Source of the DNA: Bradyrhizobium sp. | Lineage (GTDB): Bacteria > Pseudomonadota > Alphaproteobacteria > Rhizobiales > Xanthobacteraceae | Reading direction: 5' to 3' | NCBI GenBank assembly: GCA_035308285.1 | Contig: DATGGY010000243.1 | Coordinates: 13 to 64,012, forward strand | Length of the DNA stretch: 64,000 nucleotides | Shown here: positions 50,728 through 60,740 of the stretch, piece after piece | Layout: each line of letters starts with the position of its first letter | How positions within the stretch are numbered: position 1 is the first letter of the stretch | The notes under the pieces: model-generated | Told to the model about the DNA's origin: nothing | What the model saw: only the letters and a program-made list of their open reading frames with translations | Databases searched by the model: none | Position numbers and translations under genes: made by a program

Positions 50728-51735
50728 TCACCCGCTGACCCGCATGTTTCGCAACACAAAACAGGCGCCGCCAGCACGGCGAATGCGGTTGCAGAGATCG
50801 TCGGCGGCGGGGCGCGTATCAGTGCCGATCCGGACTTGATAGAAAATGTGGCTGCCCCGGTTGCGCAGCACCGAGGCGAGCAGGCTTGGTTCCCGATCGC
50901 CGATCACCGGGCGCAGTCGCGTCATCGCGCGGGAGTACGTCGCCAGCGCCACGTCGCGGTTAAAGCCGCCGGCAAGCTGCACACCCCAAGGCCGGTCGGC
51001 GCCCAGTTTCACATGCTGCTCGAGCTCGGTCACAAAATAATTGGGGGCGCGCTTGAGCAGCGCCATCAATTCATGGCAGCTAGTATGCGTCGCTCGGTCG
51101 GGGATTTTGCCGTTCCTGGCGGCCGCCGCCCATTCTTCGACCGTCGAGCCGGTAATGGCGGAGACATAGTTGCGCGTCTCCTGCGGCATCGGCCCGGTGC
51201 CTGCGAGCCATTCCTGCACCCGGCGCGGTCCGGCATTGTAGGCAGCCGCGGCAAGCCCGAGATTGCCGAACTGGCTGCGCAATTCACTTAAGAATTCAGC
51301 CGATTTCGGCAACGCCTGCACCGGGTCAAAGGGATCAAGCAAACGGCGTTCGCTGGCGGTGCTCGGCATGAATTGCGCGATCCCCTGCGCGCGCTGGCCG
51401 CGGCGCGTGAGCGGACCCACGGCATCGGATTGGAAGCGGCTTTCCTGCCAAATCACGCGCGCGAAAAACTCCAGCGGCAGATCGTTGGCTTTTGCCGCCG
51501 CCTCGATCATCAGACACACGGCCTGCCTGGCATCGCTCTCCCGCGCCTCGCCGGCGAGTTTTTGCGCCTTTGGCTCGTCCCAATTCCCGGCGATAGCGAG
51601 TTCCTCCACGCTCGGCCGCGCGACCTGGCCATCATCGCTCGCGGGCGTCATATCCTCCGCGGTCGCGGGCATCTCCGAGAGCAGCAGCGTGGCCACGGTG
51701 CAAAGCGCGAGATACGGACCCTTGAATCCTTGCAT
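50728..51735 (-). CDS. Lytic transglycosylase (SLT) with C-terminal SPOR-like domain
   Basis: IWQESRF, GIAQFMP, AAYNAG, ETRNYV; WGVQLAG...LCNRIRRAGGAC. Confidence 0.9.
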   Translation of the reverse strand: MQGFKGPYLALCTVATLLLSEMPATAEDMTPASDDGQVARPSVEELAIAGNWDEPKAQKLAGEARESDARQAVCLMIEAAAKANDLPLEFFARVIWQESRFQSDAVGPLTRRGQRAQGIAQFMPSTASERRLLDPFDPVQALPKSAEFLSELRSQFGNLGLAAAAYNAGPRRVQEWLAGTGPMPQETRNYVSAITGSTVEEWAAAARNGKIPDRATHTSCHELMALLKRAPNYFVTELEQHVKLGADRPWGVQLAGGFNRDVALATYSRAMTRLRPVIGDREPSLLASVLRNRGSHIFYQVRIGTDTRPAADDLCNRIRRAGGACFVLRNMRVSG

Positions 51736-51826
51736 TGCAGTCCTGTCCTCGGACAGATCGACTTGACACCGGGAACCGGCAGTCTAGCTATCTTTCAATG
51801 ATGGCGCGTCTATGGGAGCGCAAAGC

Positions 51827-52762
51827 ATGACGGCACCTTCGGACGACTTCATCGGTTTTGCTCCCGATGACGACGCGCCGATTCCGTACATGGCGCGCAC
51901 CCGCGAATATTACGCGGCGATCGGCTACACTACGCCCTATCGCTGGGCGCACCACGTTGAAGCGCCCTTCCAGCCACTGCGGAAGCCGCTGGTCCAATCC
52001 CGTATCGCCATCGTCACGACGGCAGCGCCCTTCGATCCTGCCAAGGGCGATCAGGGCCCCGGCGCTAAATATAATAGCGGCGCCAAATTCTACTCGGTCT
52101 ACGACGGCGACACCTCGAAACAGCACGATGTGCGGATTTCACATATCGCCTATGATCGCATACACACCTCGGCCGAGGACAGCGGCACCTGGTTTCCGTT
52201 GCCGCAGTTGCAGCGAATGGCGCGCGAGGGCCGGATCGGCGAGGCCGCCCCGCGCTTCTTCGGGGCGCCGACCAACCGTCGCCATCGCGTCACGATCGCA
52301 ACCGATGCGCCCGAAGTTCTCGCCCGCTGCAAAGCTGACAAGGTCGACGCCGCCGTGCTGGTGCCGAACTGTCCGGTGTGTCACCAGACCGTTAGCCTGG
52401 TCGCGCGGCATCTGGAGGCCAACGGCATTTCCACCGTCGTCATGGGCTGCGCCAAGGATATCGTCGAACAAGCCGCCGTGCCGCGCTTTCTGTTCTCCGA
52501 TTTTCCGCTCGGCAATTCCGCCGGCAAACCTCGCGATGCGGCCTCGCAGGCATTTACGCTGGAGCTCGCGCTGCGGGTGCTGGAAGCCGCCCCTGCAGCC
52601 CAAACCACGGTGCAATCGCCGTTGCGCTGGAGCGCGGATGCGGCCTGGAAACGCGATTACGACAACGTCGCGGCCTTAAGCGGCGAAGAGCTGGCGCGGC
52701 GGCGACGCGAATTCGATGCGCAAAAGGAAATCGCGCGAAAGTTGCGCGAAAGCGCGGCTTAA
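51827..52762 (+). CDS. GrdB/PrdB-like reductase component B homolog (Cys form)
   Basis: RIAIVTTA, FPLPQL, KVDAAVLVPNCPVCHQTVSLVARHLEANGISTV, PRFLFSDFPLG. Confidence 0.8.
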   Translation: MTAPSDDFIGFAPDDDAPIPYMARTREYYAAIGYTTPYRWAHHVEAPFQPLRKPLVQSRIAIVTTAAPFDPAKGDQGPGAKYNSGAKFYSVYDGDTSKQHDVRISHIAYDRIHTSAEDSGTWFPLPQLQRMAREGRIGEAAPRFFGAPTNRRHRVTIATDAPEVLARCKADKVDAAVLVPNCPVCHQTVSLVARHLEANGISTVVMGCAKDIVEQAAVPRFLFSDFPLGNSAGKPRDAASQAFTLELALRVLEAAPAAQTTVQSPLRWSADAAWKRDYDNVAALSGEELARRRREFDAQKEIARKLRESAA

Positions 52763-52908
52763 ACTCCCTCAATCGCCGATTTTCCTGTCAATTCAGGCCC
52801 TTCCGGGCCGATACCAGTTTACGTTAATGCCGCATTTCGCCTGGGCCGGGCTTTCACGGACGGCAAAGCCGCGTAAAAGTCCTTGCGGTCTTCTTGGGAG
52901 CTTTTTCG

Positions 52909-53262
52909 ATGCCGGATCGACGCCGGAGCGCGCGCGACATGGTTATCTATGACGGGGTCGCCGAGACCGGCGACCGTCAGGGGTCGACGGATTGCGTGGT
53001 GCGCAACATCTCGGAGAACGGGGCGCATCTCGAATTCGAGAACGGTATCGCCCTCCCAAAGGAGTCCATGCGGCTAACGATCGCGCGCAAGGGACGATCG
53101 TTTCTCGCCAGGATCATCTGGTGGCGCGACAATTTTGTCGGTGTCACGTTCGCGTCACCCTACGAACTCCCCGGATCCGACCTCGCCGAACGCCTGCGCA
53201 AGAGCGAAAAGAAAAAGCGTGAGCTCCAGCGCCGCATCAATGAACTGATCGGCGAGGGCTAG
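52909..53262 (+). CDS. PilZ domain protein with C-terminal coiled coil
   Basis: DRRRSAR and NISENGA motifs. Confidence 0.85.
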   Translation: MPDRRRSARDMVIYDGVAETGDRQGSTDCVVRNISENGAHLEFENGIALPKESMRLTIARKGRSFLARIIWWRDNFVGVTFASPYELPGSDLAERLRKSEKKKRELQRRINELIGEG

Positions 53263-53341
53263 CCGGCGCCCTACATCTGCTTGTGCACCTCCCCTCTCCT
53301 GCCCATAATCTCGCGCTTTGCGGGGAGGACGTTCTGATACC

Positions 53342-54544
53342 ATGCGCGCTTTTTCGTTTGCTTTCATTGCTGCACTGACGTGTTTGGTGAGCGGGACCGT
53401 GTCGGCGCAGACCACGGACCGCACCATCGACGAGATCAAGACCGAGACGCTGGCACGCGCACAGACAGGTGCGTACCCGGCTTTGGGTATCCAACCGGGT
53501 GACGCCAGCGATGCACTCGGCCGTATCAAAACCCGCGATCCGGACGAATGGGCGGCGGCCTGGAGCGCGGTTGCCGACGGCTACGTCACCAAGGCCAAGG
53601 CTGCCACCGACCCGAAAGAGGCCGATGCCAATTTCGTCCGCGCATGGCGTCTTTATTATTTCGGGCAATGGCCGGCGCCGACCTCCCCAGGCAAACAAGC
53701 CGCCTATCGGCGGGCGATCGACGCTTACCTGGCGCACGCCCGCTATTTCGAACCGCCGCTCGAAGTCGTGCGCATCCCCTATGGGGCTAAGGAAATTGTC
53801 GGCTATTTGCGCCTGCCGGCAAACGCCCCTCGCCCGGTGCCGCTGGTGCTTGCGATTTCGGGCCTGGACAGCCGCAAGGAAACGGTTGCCGAAACCTACG
53901 CGGCAGCACTTTCCCAAGGCATCGGCTTCTTTGCGGTCGACAGTCCCGGCACCGGACAGGCGCCGTGCAAGGCGGACGAAACCGCCGACCAAATGTATTC
54001 GCGCGTGCTCGACTACCTCGCAACACGGCCGGAAATCGACAGGAATCGCATCCTCGCGCACGGCCAGAGCTTTGGCGCCTACTGGGCCGCGAAGCTCGCG
54101 CACACCGAAGCCAAACGTCTCGCCGGCGTCGTCGCGCAATCGCCGCCGATCCACCGCACGTTCCAGCCCGATTTTTTCCGCGGCCGGATGTACACCCGCG
54201 AATATCTGTTCGACTTGCTCCCGGCAAATCAATTCGTGTATGGCATGAAATCCGCCGACGAACTGATCGCGTTCCTGCCCAAGATGTCGCTGCAGACGCA
54301 GGGCCTGCTTGGCAAACCCACCGCGCCGATCCTGGTGGTAGGCGGAACGAAAGACAGCCAGGTGCCGATCGATGACCTCGAACTTCTGCTCAACAGCGGC
54401 ACGGAGCCGCGCGAGGCCTGGATCAATCCGGCAGGCGGGCACATGGGGCGCACCCCCGGGACGTGGCCGGACCCAGTGATCTTCCGGAAAATCATCCTGC
54501 CGTGGGAAGTGCGGCGACTTTCCCAAAAATCGGATGCGCCATAA
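53342..54544 (+). CDS. Exported alpha/beta hydrolase (FrsA/DUF1100-like)
   Basis: Signal peptide, SGLDSRKE, DSPGTG, GQSFG, GTKD, GGHMG. Confidence 0.85.
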   Translation: MRAFSFAFIAALTCLVSGTVSAQTTDRTIDEIKTETLARAQTGAYPALGIQPGDASDALGRIKTRDPDEWAAAWSAVADGYVTKAKAATDPKEADANFVRAWRLYYFGQWPAPTSPGKQAAYRRAIDAYLAHARYFEPPLEVVRIPYGAKEIVGYLRLPANAPRPVPLVLAISGLDSRKETVAETYAAALSQGIGFFAVDSPGTGQAPCKADETADQMYSRVLDYLATRPEIDRNRILAHGQSFGAYWAAKLAHTEAKRLAGVVAQSPPIHRTFQPDFFRGRMYTREYLFDLLPANQFVYGMKSADELIAFLPKMSLQTQGLLGKPTAPILVVGGTKDSQVPIDDLELLLNSGTEPREAWINPAGGHMGRTPGTWPDPVIFRKIILPWEVRRLSQKSDAP

Positions 54545-54751
54545 GCCCAAACGCTTACATGCGCACCGAAGCGTCGTTGACGCTGCGCATCAAGCGTCAC
54601 GTTGCGCCGATAAAGCAATGGCATTGCAGGCAAATGCCCAACATCGGCGCTGGCAAGGCGCCCGCTATGCTGTAAGCTTACGGTCCAGATCGGTCGGCTT
54701 CCCCGGCTCGGCTGCCAGACTGCAACAAAAGAAGACCCTTGGAGGAACCCA

Positions 54752-55780
54752 ATGTCAGTAGCTCCGTCCGGCCGCATCGCGCCTAGCCGCCGCACACTTC
54801 TGCGGGCCGGCGCTGGCATGGCCGGCATTCTCGCGGCCGGGCGCGCGCCGGCGTTCGCTCAAGCCCAGCCAAAGAAACTGGTATTCGCGCACATCAACGC
54901 GGTCCCGGAGTCAGCCGCGGTGGCCTTCGACTGGATGGCGAAGGAGTTGACGGCGCGGTCAAACGGCGCGCTCGAAATGCAGTTCTTCGGCAAGACCCTG
55001 ATCCCGCAGGAACTCGAGATCATGAACGCGGTGAAGTCCGGCAGCGTCGCGATGGGGAGCCCGGCCGGAGCGGCCGCAACGGTATTTCCGGAAATGGGCG
55101 CGCTGCTCGTGCCTTACCTGGTGAAGGATTACAACTCGGCCTACGCCATGCTCAACGGGCAAATCGGCGACAAGCTCTCCAAGGAGATCGAGGACAAGTA
55201 CAAGCTCAAGGTGCTTTGCTATTTCGACTACGGCTTCCGCCATTTCTGGACTTCGAAGAAGCCCATCGTTGAGCCGAGGGACCTGCGCGGCCTGAAAATC
55301 CGTGTCCAACAGGCAAAGATCTTCGGCGACACCATCAACGGGTTAGGCGGCAATGCCGTGCCGATGGCCTTTGGCGAAGTGATCACCGCTGCCAAGCAGG
55401 GCGTGATCGACGGCGGCGATCTGCCCATCGTCAACATGAAGGCGCTGAAAATCTACGAAGTGTCGAAATACGCCTCCCTCACCTATCACAATTATGGCCC
55501 GACCAACGCGGTGATGAATCTCGAAATCTGGAACGGGTTGACGTCCAATCAGCAGAAGCTGGTCATGGAGCTTGCGCGCGCCGCACAAGGAAAAATCCGC
55601 GAGGTGACCGAGTCGGTCGACAATTTCGCCAAAGCCAAGGCAGAACTTGAACCGTTCGGCATGACGGTGGTGGAGGCCAAGGTCGAGGAATTCCGAAAAG
55701 TGGCGCAACAGAAAATATGGCCGGCCTACAAGAGCCAGTACGGCGCCCTGTGGGACGAGATCGAAGGCTTCAAGGCTTAA
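54752..55780 (+). CDS. dctP: TRAP transporter substrate-binding protein
   Basis: Tat-like SRRTLL signal, GFRHF, DLRGLKIRV, QGVIDG. Confidence 0.9.
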   Translation: MSVAPSGRIAPSRRTLLRAGAGMAGILAAGRAPAFAQAQPKKLVFAHINAVPESAAVAFDWMAKELTARSNGALEMQFFGKTLIPQELEIMNAVKSGSVAMGSPAGAAATVFPEMGALLVPYLVKDYNSAYAMLNGQIGDKLSKEIEDKYKLKVLCYFDYGFRHFWTSKKPIVEPRDLRGLKIRVQQAKIFGDTINGLGGNAVPMAFGEVITAAKQGVIDGGDLPIVNMKALKIYEVSKYASLTYHNYGPTNAVMNLEIWNGLTSNQQKLVMELARAAQGKIREVTESVDNFAKAKAELEPFGMTVVEAKVEEFRKVAQQKIWPAYKSQYGALWDEIEGFKA

Positions 55781-55796
55781 AGTCAAACGCAACGCG

Positions 55797-55823
55797 AAGA
55801 GCCGGCCGTCGATCGGCTCTTCG
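55797..55823 (+). other. Intercistronic hairpin after dctP
   Basis: GAAGAGCCG...CGGCTCTTC stem without a U-tract. Confidence 0.55.
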
Positions 55824-55855
55824 GCACCTCGCCGCCCATCGCCGCCGGAATCCCA

Positions 55856-56359
55856 TTGAGCATGCTGCGCATCCTCTCAGCCGTCCCGAAATTCGCGGTC
55901 ACGGCGCTGATCATCCTTGCCATCGTCAACCTCCTGGTCGGCGTCACCCTGCGCTATTTCGTCGGCGCCATCACCAATTGGCTCGATGTCGACCCGGTGC
56001 CGTTCACCTGGGTCGAGGAAGTCGGCGAACTCTCGCTGGCCTGGCTGACGCTGATCGGTGCCGCGATCGGAATCCAGTCGCGTTCGCATTTCGCACTTTC
56101 GGTGTTCGTGCATCGGCTGCCGCACTCGGCGCAGCTCTGGATCCATCGCGTCAACCATGCGCTGATCGTCGGTGTTGGATTACTTGTTGCATGGTTCGGT
56201 CTCAAACTCTGCCTGCTCAATCGGACGCTGACGACACCCGGGCTCGAGATCAATCTCGCCTGGCTTTACGCCTCTTCGGTAGTGGGCGGCCTTCTGATCG
56301 CAATTTATGCCCTGGCGACGATGATCGCGCCGTCGCCGCAAGGCGATCCCCTGCACTGA
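55856..56359 (+). CDS. dctQ: TRAP transporter small permease
   Basis: LRYF, WVEEV, four TM segments. Confidence 0.88.
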   Translation: MSMLRILSAVPKFAVTALIILAIVNLLVGVTLRYFVGAITNWLDVDPVPFTWVEEVGELSLAWLTLIGAAIGIQSRSHFALSVFVHRLPHSAQLWIHRVNHALIVGVGLLVAWFGLKLCLLNRTLTTPGLEINLAWLYASSVVGGLLIAIYALATMIAPSPQGDPLH

Positions 56360-56371
56360 GGCCGGCCATCC

Positions 56372-57655
56372 ATGCTGCTCGCGACGGTTGTCGTCATCTT
56401 CGTTGTCCTGATCCTGCTCTCGATGCCGATCGTGTTCGCGCTCGCGGTTGCCGGAATCGCAGGGCTTTGGATCGGCGGTTACCCGATGCAACAGCTTTCC
56501 TCCGCGCTGGTGTCGGGATCGCAGAGCTGGGTGCTGCTCGCCATTCCCGCCTTCGTCTTTGCCGGCAATCTGATGGAACGCTGCGGCATGAGTCATGCGC
56601 TGGTGGAGCTGGCGCGCGCCCTGATCGGTTGGGTCAAGGGCGGACTCGGCATGTCGGTGATCGTGGTGGCGTATTTCTTCTCCGACATCTGCGGATCGAA
56701 AATGGCGGAAGTCTCGGCGCTCGGCTCGGCGTTGATGCCGCCACTCACTAAGGCCGGCTACGACCGTCGCGATTCAGCCTCGCTGATTGCGGCCGGGACC
56801 GCGATGGGCATGCTGGTGCCGCCGGCGATTTTCATGATCGTGATCGCGCAGGTGACCAACACTTCGGCGGTTGCGCTGTTTGTTGCCGGCTTCGTTCCGG
56901 CCATGGTGATCATGCTGTGCCTGATGGCGGTAGTTTACCTGCGCGCGCGGCAGAACGACTGGCCGGTCGATACAAGGCCAAGCCTCAAAGGCCTCGGCCA
57001 GGCCGCGCTCCACGCCGCCGTGCCGATGGTCGTGCCGTTCGTCATTCTGGCGGGATTCATCTTCGGCATCATCACCGCAACCGAAGCCGGCGCAGTGGTC
57101 GCAGGCTACGCCTTCCTCGCCGCCAGGCTTTATTACCGCAACGTCTCCTGGCGCGAGATGGGTCACATCGCCTATGACAGCGCGATCCTCACCGCCGCTG
57201 TGGTGTTCCTGCTCGCGGTCGCCTCCGTCTACCAATATCTGATGGGCGTGAGCGGCGTGCCGCAATTGCTCGGCGAGTTGCTCGGGCCGCTGAAGGGGCA
57301 TCCCTGGCTGTTCCTGATTGGGACCGCCGTGATGAGCTGCCTGTTCGGCATGGTGCTGGAGGGGCTGCCGGCAGCGGTGGTGCTCATTCCCGTGGTGTTT
57401 CCGATCTCCGAAGCGATGGGTATCGACCCCATCCACTTCAACATCGTGCAGACCGCGGCCGTCGGCATCGGACTGTTCCTGCCGCCGATGGGCGTTGGGC
57501 TGCTGATGGCGCTGCGCTTTGCCAAGCTGAATGTCGGCCAGCACTTTCGCACCTATGTGCCGTATATGCTGGCGCTGTTCGCAGGCCTCCTGCTGATCAT
57601 CTGTATCCCCGAGATCAGCCTGGCGCTGCCGCGGCTTGCGGGATTGATCAGGTAA
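56372..57655 (+). CDS. dctM: TRAP transporter large permease
   Basis: LLAIPAFVFAGNLM, LVPPAI, TATEAG, GIDPIHF, PPMG. Confidence 0.92.
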   Translation: MLLATVVVIFVVLILLSMPIVFALAVAGIAGLWIGGYPMQQLSSALVSGSQSWVLLAIPAFVFAGNLMERCGMSHALVELARALIGWVKGGLGMSVIVVAYFFSDICGSKMAEVSALGSALMPPLTKAGYDRRDSASLIAAGTAMGMLVPPAIFMIVIAQVTNTSAVALFVAGFVPAMVIMLCLMAVVYLRARQNDWPVDTRPSLKGLGQAALHAAVPMVVPFVILAGFIFGIITATEAGAVVAGYAFLAARLYYRNVSWREMGHIAYDSAILTAAVVFLLAVASVYQYLMGVSGVPQLLGELLGPLKGHPWLFLIGTAVMSCLFGMVLEGLPAAVVLIPVVFPISEAMGIDPIHFNIVQTAAVGIGLFLPPMGVGLLMALRFAKLNVGQHFRTYVPYMLALFAGLLLIICIPEISLALPRLAGLIR

Positions 57656-57694
57656 GGGGCGGCATCGCGGCAGGAATCCTCCTATTTCGGCCCC

Positions 57695-57913
57695 TCAGGA
57701 ACGCGGCGTTATCTGAAGTTCAACGAGAGCTATCCTCTTCAGCACGGCTGGATCCCGCTCGCCTATCTTGGCGGTACGCAAAATCGATTCGGCCAGCAGA
57801 TTTATGTGCGCCGCGCTCACCGGATCCGGCAGCGTGCCGATCGACGACTCAAGCGCAGCGGTCATGATCTCGATCACTTCCGGCGAGAATTCTGCATCGG
57901 CAAAGTCTTTCAT
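57695..57913 (-). CDS. Small hypothetical protein
   Basis: FSPEVIEIMTAAL...LAESILRTAKIGERDP; AGGAG a short distance upstream. Confidence 0.65.
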   Translation of the reverse strand: MKDFADAEFSPEVIEIMTAALESSIGTLPDPVSAAHINLLAESILRTAKIGERDPAVLKRIALVELQITPRS

Positions 57914-58067
57914 CGGCAGCCACGCCGCGAAAATGTCGCGCCTTCGCTCCTTTACGCAACAACTCGTTTGACGGTGGGGAGTTCCCAAGGGTCCGGTGCG
58001 CCCAGTTGGGCTACGGGACATTATTCCAGCGGGCGCCTCGCGCCATCTCTCACAAAATTCCTGACAC

Positions 58068-59576
58068 TTAATTTGCCCCGCTCAGCCGTTGCGCGCCGTC
58101 GGCGCAAACTGACGCAACGACCCGGCACGCCTTGCCCTTCTTGCGACAATCGGACAGCGCGCTCTCTTTGGCTTTCTGCATATCGGCACGGGCAACAATG
58201 GCCCAACTGGACTCCGAATAGGCAAAGACGCCGCATTCGGTCCCAAAGAAACTGATCTCGACCGAGCACTGCGCAGCATCGCCACAGGAGGCGCGGGCGC
58301 TCGCCACGGCAGCCTTCCGCGTATCCAGCGCCCAGGACATGCCCCATTTGTTGCTCGTTTTGGAATAAACAATCGCGCCCCATGGCTTCAGGCCGCTGAT
58401 GTCGCGCAACCGCCGCAACAGGCCTTGCGTGACTTCGCCGGTGGAAGCAAGTTTGTTGGCCTGTTCGAATTCACGAACGGCCTGACGGGCCTCTGCGCTC
58501 ACCGGCCCGTCGAACGGACCTGGATCAAAATTGAGCTCATAGAGCCGCTCGCGAACCTCATGAAGCAATGCGGTGTCCTTGAGTTCGACCTTGTCGTCCG
58601 GCCGATCGACGCTCGCCGAATTGATTGCCGCGATCTTCTGCTGTTGCAGGTTGATCTTCGCAATATCCGCAAAGACCCCTTTCGGGTAGCGGTTGAGGTA
58701 GGCCTGAAAAAGCTGCGGGTTCTTGTCGTTCTTGATCGATTCCCAGAACGCCAGCTCAAGCGTTACGTCATCGAGCGGTTTGGTTGCCTCCGCTGTCGCC
58801 TTGTCGGCGGCCGGCACCAGCGCCACGTCGTCCCCACCGAGCGAGCCATAGATGAAGGGTTCCTGCTTGTTGTTGGTGGCTTTCAGAACGTCGTCGCGGG
58901 CGTAGCCAAAGGCCTTGCGCAGATCGAGACCTGGCCTCGGCAGAAATTTCACAAGCGCGGCGGTGAAGGGGCTATTGGTGCTGTCGCCATCGGAAGCGGT
59001 CGATCCGGCCTTGGCGGCGAAGGCAATCAGCGTGTTCGGGCTTTCCGGCTCGACCTTGGCAAGTCCCCGCCCGATGGCGCGCGAGCCGATCATGCGCTTC
59101 ATGTTCTTGTTGTACGGATTGTCGCGGCAGGCGTCCAGAATGACAAGCCGGAGCTGCTTGGCGGGCTCGATCACCGTCAAGATTCGATCCAGCGGAATCG
59201 CCTCGTCGAACGCATCAATGTCGCGTTCAAGCACCGCATCGACCGGGATTAGATAATTACTGCCGTTGATCTCGATGCCGTGTCCCGCGAAGTAGACGAT
59301 CGCGACGTCGGCATCGTGAACGCTATCGGAGAAATCGCGCAGCGCCCGGCGCATCTCGCTCACATTGAGGTCGCGCTTGAGCTCGACGACATCGAAGCCG
59401 GCTTTCTTGAAGACTGCCGACATCGCCTCCGAATCGTTGGCCGGATTGGCGAGCCGGACGACGTTTTGGTAGGCCGAGTTGCCGATCACCAGCGCCACAC
59501 GCTTCTCGGCGAACGCCGGCTGGCTGAAAAGCCAAGTCGACCAAATGGCGAGAACAACGGCCCCGACGGTGCGCAT
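58068..59576 (-). CDS. Exported caspase-like (C14) peptidase with peptidoglycan-binding and DUF4189-like C-terminal domains
   Basis: KRVALVIGNSAY, FAGHG (His), LDACR (Cys); LYELNFDPGPFDG...AVREFE; WGAIVYS with Cys pairs. Confidence 0.88.
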   Translation of the reverse strand: MRTVGAVVLAIWSTWLFSQPAFAEKRVALVIGNSAYQNVVRLANPANDSEAMSAVFKKAGFDVVELKRDLNVSEMRRALRDFSDSVHDADVAIVYFAGHGIEINGSNYLIPVDAVLERDIDAFDEAIPLDRILTVIEPAKQLRLVILDACRDNPYNKNMKRMIGSRAIGRGLAKVEPESPNTLIAFAAKAGSTASDGDSTNSPFTAALVKFLPRPGLDLRKAFGYARDDVLKATNNKQEPFIYGSLGGDDVALVPAADKATAEATKPLDDVTLELAFWESIKNDKNPQLFQAYLNRYPKGVFADIAKINLQQQKIAAINSASVDRPDDKVELKDTALLHEVRERLYELNFDPGPFDGPVSAEARQAVREFEQANKLASTGEVTQGLLRRLRDISGLKPWGAIVYSKTSNKWGMSWALDTRKAAVASARASCGDAAQCSVEISFFGTECGVFAYSESSWAIVARADMQKAKESALSDCRKKGKACRVVASVCADGAQRLSGAN

Positions 59577-59715
59577 CTGAAAAATCCCCAAACCGGCAAT
59601 GAGCCGGACCCTAGCATCCAAGCCAACGGGCACAATAATTCCGGGCCTGCCGCCCCTCTGTGACCAGTGTCACATTCCGTAGATGGGGGCGCGCATCGGC
59701 CGCGCGCCCGTCAGC

Positions 59716-60642
59716 TCACCGACCTTCCGGCGCTGCTGCCTGAGCCTTCCCCCTGATGGGCGCCAGAGGCCGCCGCGCCTCGCCCTTCTCCAGGGTGAAG
59801 CGTTGATCGAGGGAATACCAAGGCGCGGCGGCAAAACCGATCTCCGACGACGGCTCGTCGTGGCGGACGTAATTGCCGATCAGAGCGCGGGTGACGCCAA
59901 ACTGCACGTCTGAGTCAATATGTTCATCGTCGGGCGAGTAGACCTGCGAGACCAGGGTCTTGAAGCCGGGCTTGTGGACCATGAAGTGCAAATGCGCGGG
60001 CCGGAAGTTGTGGCGACGGGTCGCTCGCACCAGTTCGCCGACGGGGCCATCGACTGGAATGGGATAGCCTGCGGGCTTCACGCTGCGGAAATCAAAGCGC
60101 CCCGCCGCATCGGAAACGAACCGCCCACGCAGATTCATCTCGGCCTGCTTGGGATCCTGATTCTCGTAGAGGCCCTCCGGCGAGGAATGCCAAACATCGA
60201 CTTCGGCTCCGGCGATCGGGTTGTGGTTTACATCTTCGAGCAAAACACGAACGAAAAGTCCCGGACCCGGCGTCGGCGAGCGCACCAGCGTATCGCCGCT
60301 TGCGCTCAGCGGCTGATCGTCCCGCCAAAACGGGCCCAGCATATTGGCCTGGGTTTCGCTCTCGCCGTTGTTACCGTTGTTGAGCAGGCAGAGCAGCGAC
60401 GACACGCCTAACGAACCCGCCATCAACACAACCTCGTTGTGCGAGGGCGTCGTCTTCTGGCCCATCGTCGCGACGATGCGGACCGCTTCCTGGAACTCGC
60501 GTTCCGTGAGCCGCACCTCGCGTACGAAGCCGTGCAGATACCGCACCAAAGCCAGCAATATCTCGCGCAGCCGCGGATCATCGACGCGGGAGACAGCTTC
60601 AATCACCGCATCCGTCACCATGGCCTGATTTTCGATGATCAT
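59716..60642 (-). CDS. Intradiol ring-cleavage dioxygenase (hydroxyquinol/catechol 1,2-type)
   Basis: VDVWH...GLY, PAGYP, RPAHLH: both Tyr and both His iron ligands present. Confidence 0.9.
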   Translation of the reverse strand: MIIENQAMVTDAVIEAVSRVDDPRLREILLALVRYLHGFVREVRLTEREFQEAVRIVATMGQKTTPSHNEVVLMAGSLGVSSLLCLLNNGNNGESETQANMLGPFWRDDQPLSASGDTLVRSPTPGPGLFVRVLLEDVNHNPIAGAEVDVWHSSPEGLYENQDPKQAEMNLRGRFVSDAAGRFDFRSVKPAGYPIPVDGPVGELVRATRRHNFRPAHLHFMVHKPGFKTLVSQVYSPDDEHIDSDVQFGVTRALIGNYVRHDEPSSEIGFAAAPWYSLDQRFTLEKGEARRPLAPIRGKAQAAAPEGR

Positions 60643-60684
60643 TTGCGTTCCCTCACGCTGCTATCCTACCCGCAATCCCTCAAC

Positions 60685-60718
60685 AAAAAAGCCGGCGGTC
60701 TTTCGACGCGCCGGCTTC
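60685..60718 (-). terminator. Intrinsic terminator of clpA
   Basis: Minus strand AAGCCGGCGCGTCGAAAGACCGCCGGCTTTTTTG. Confidence 0.8.
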
Positions 60719-60740
60719 CTGATTTGTTTTTGTGGCCTGC

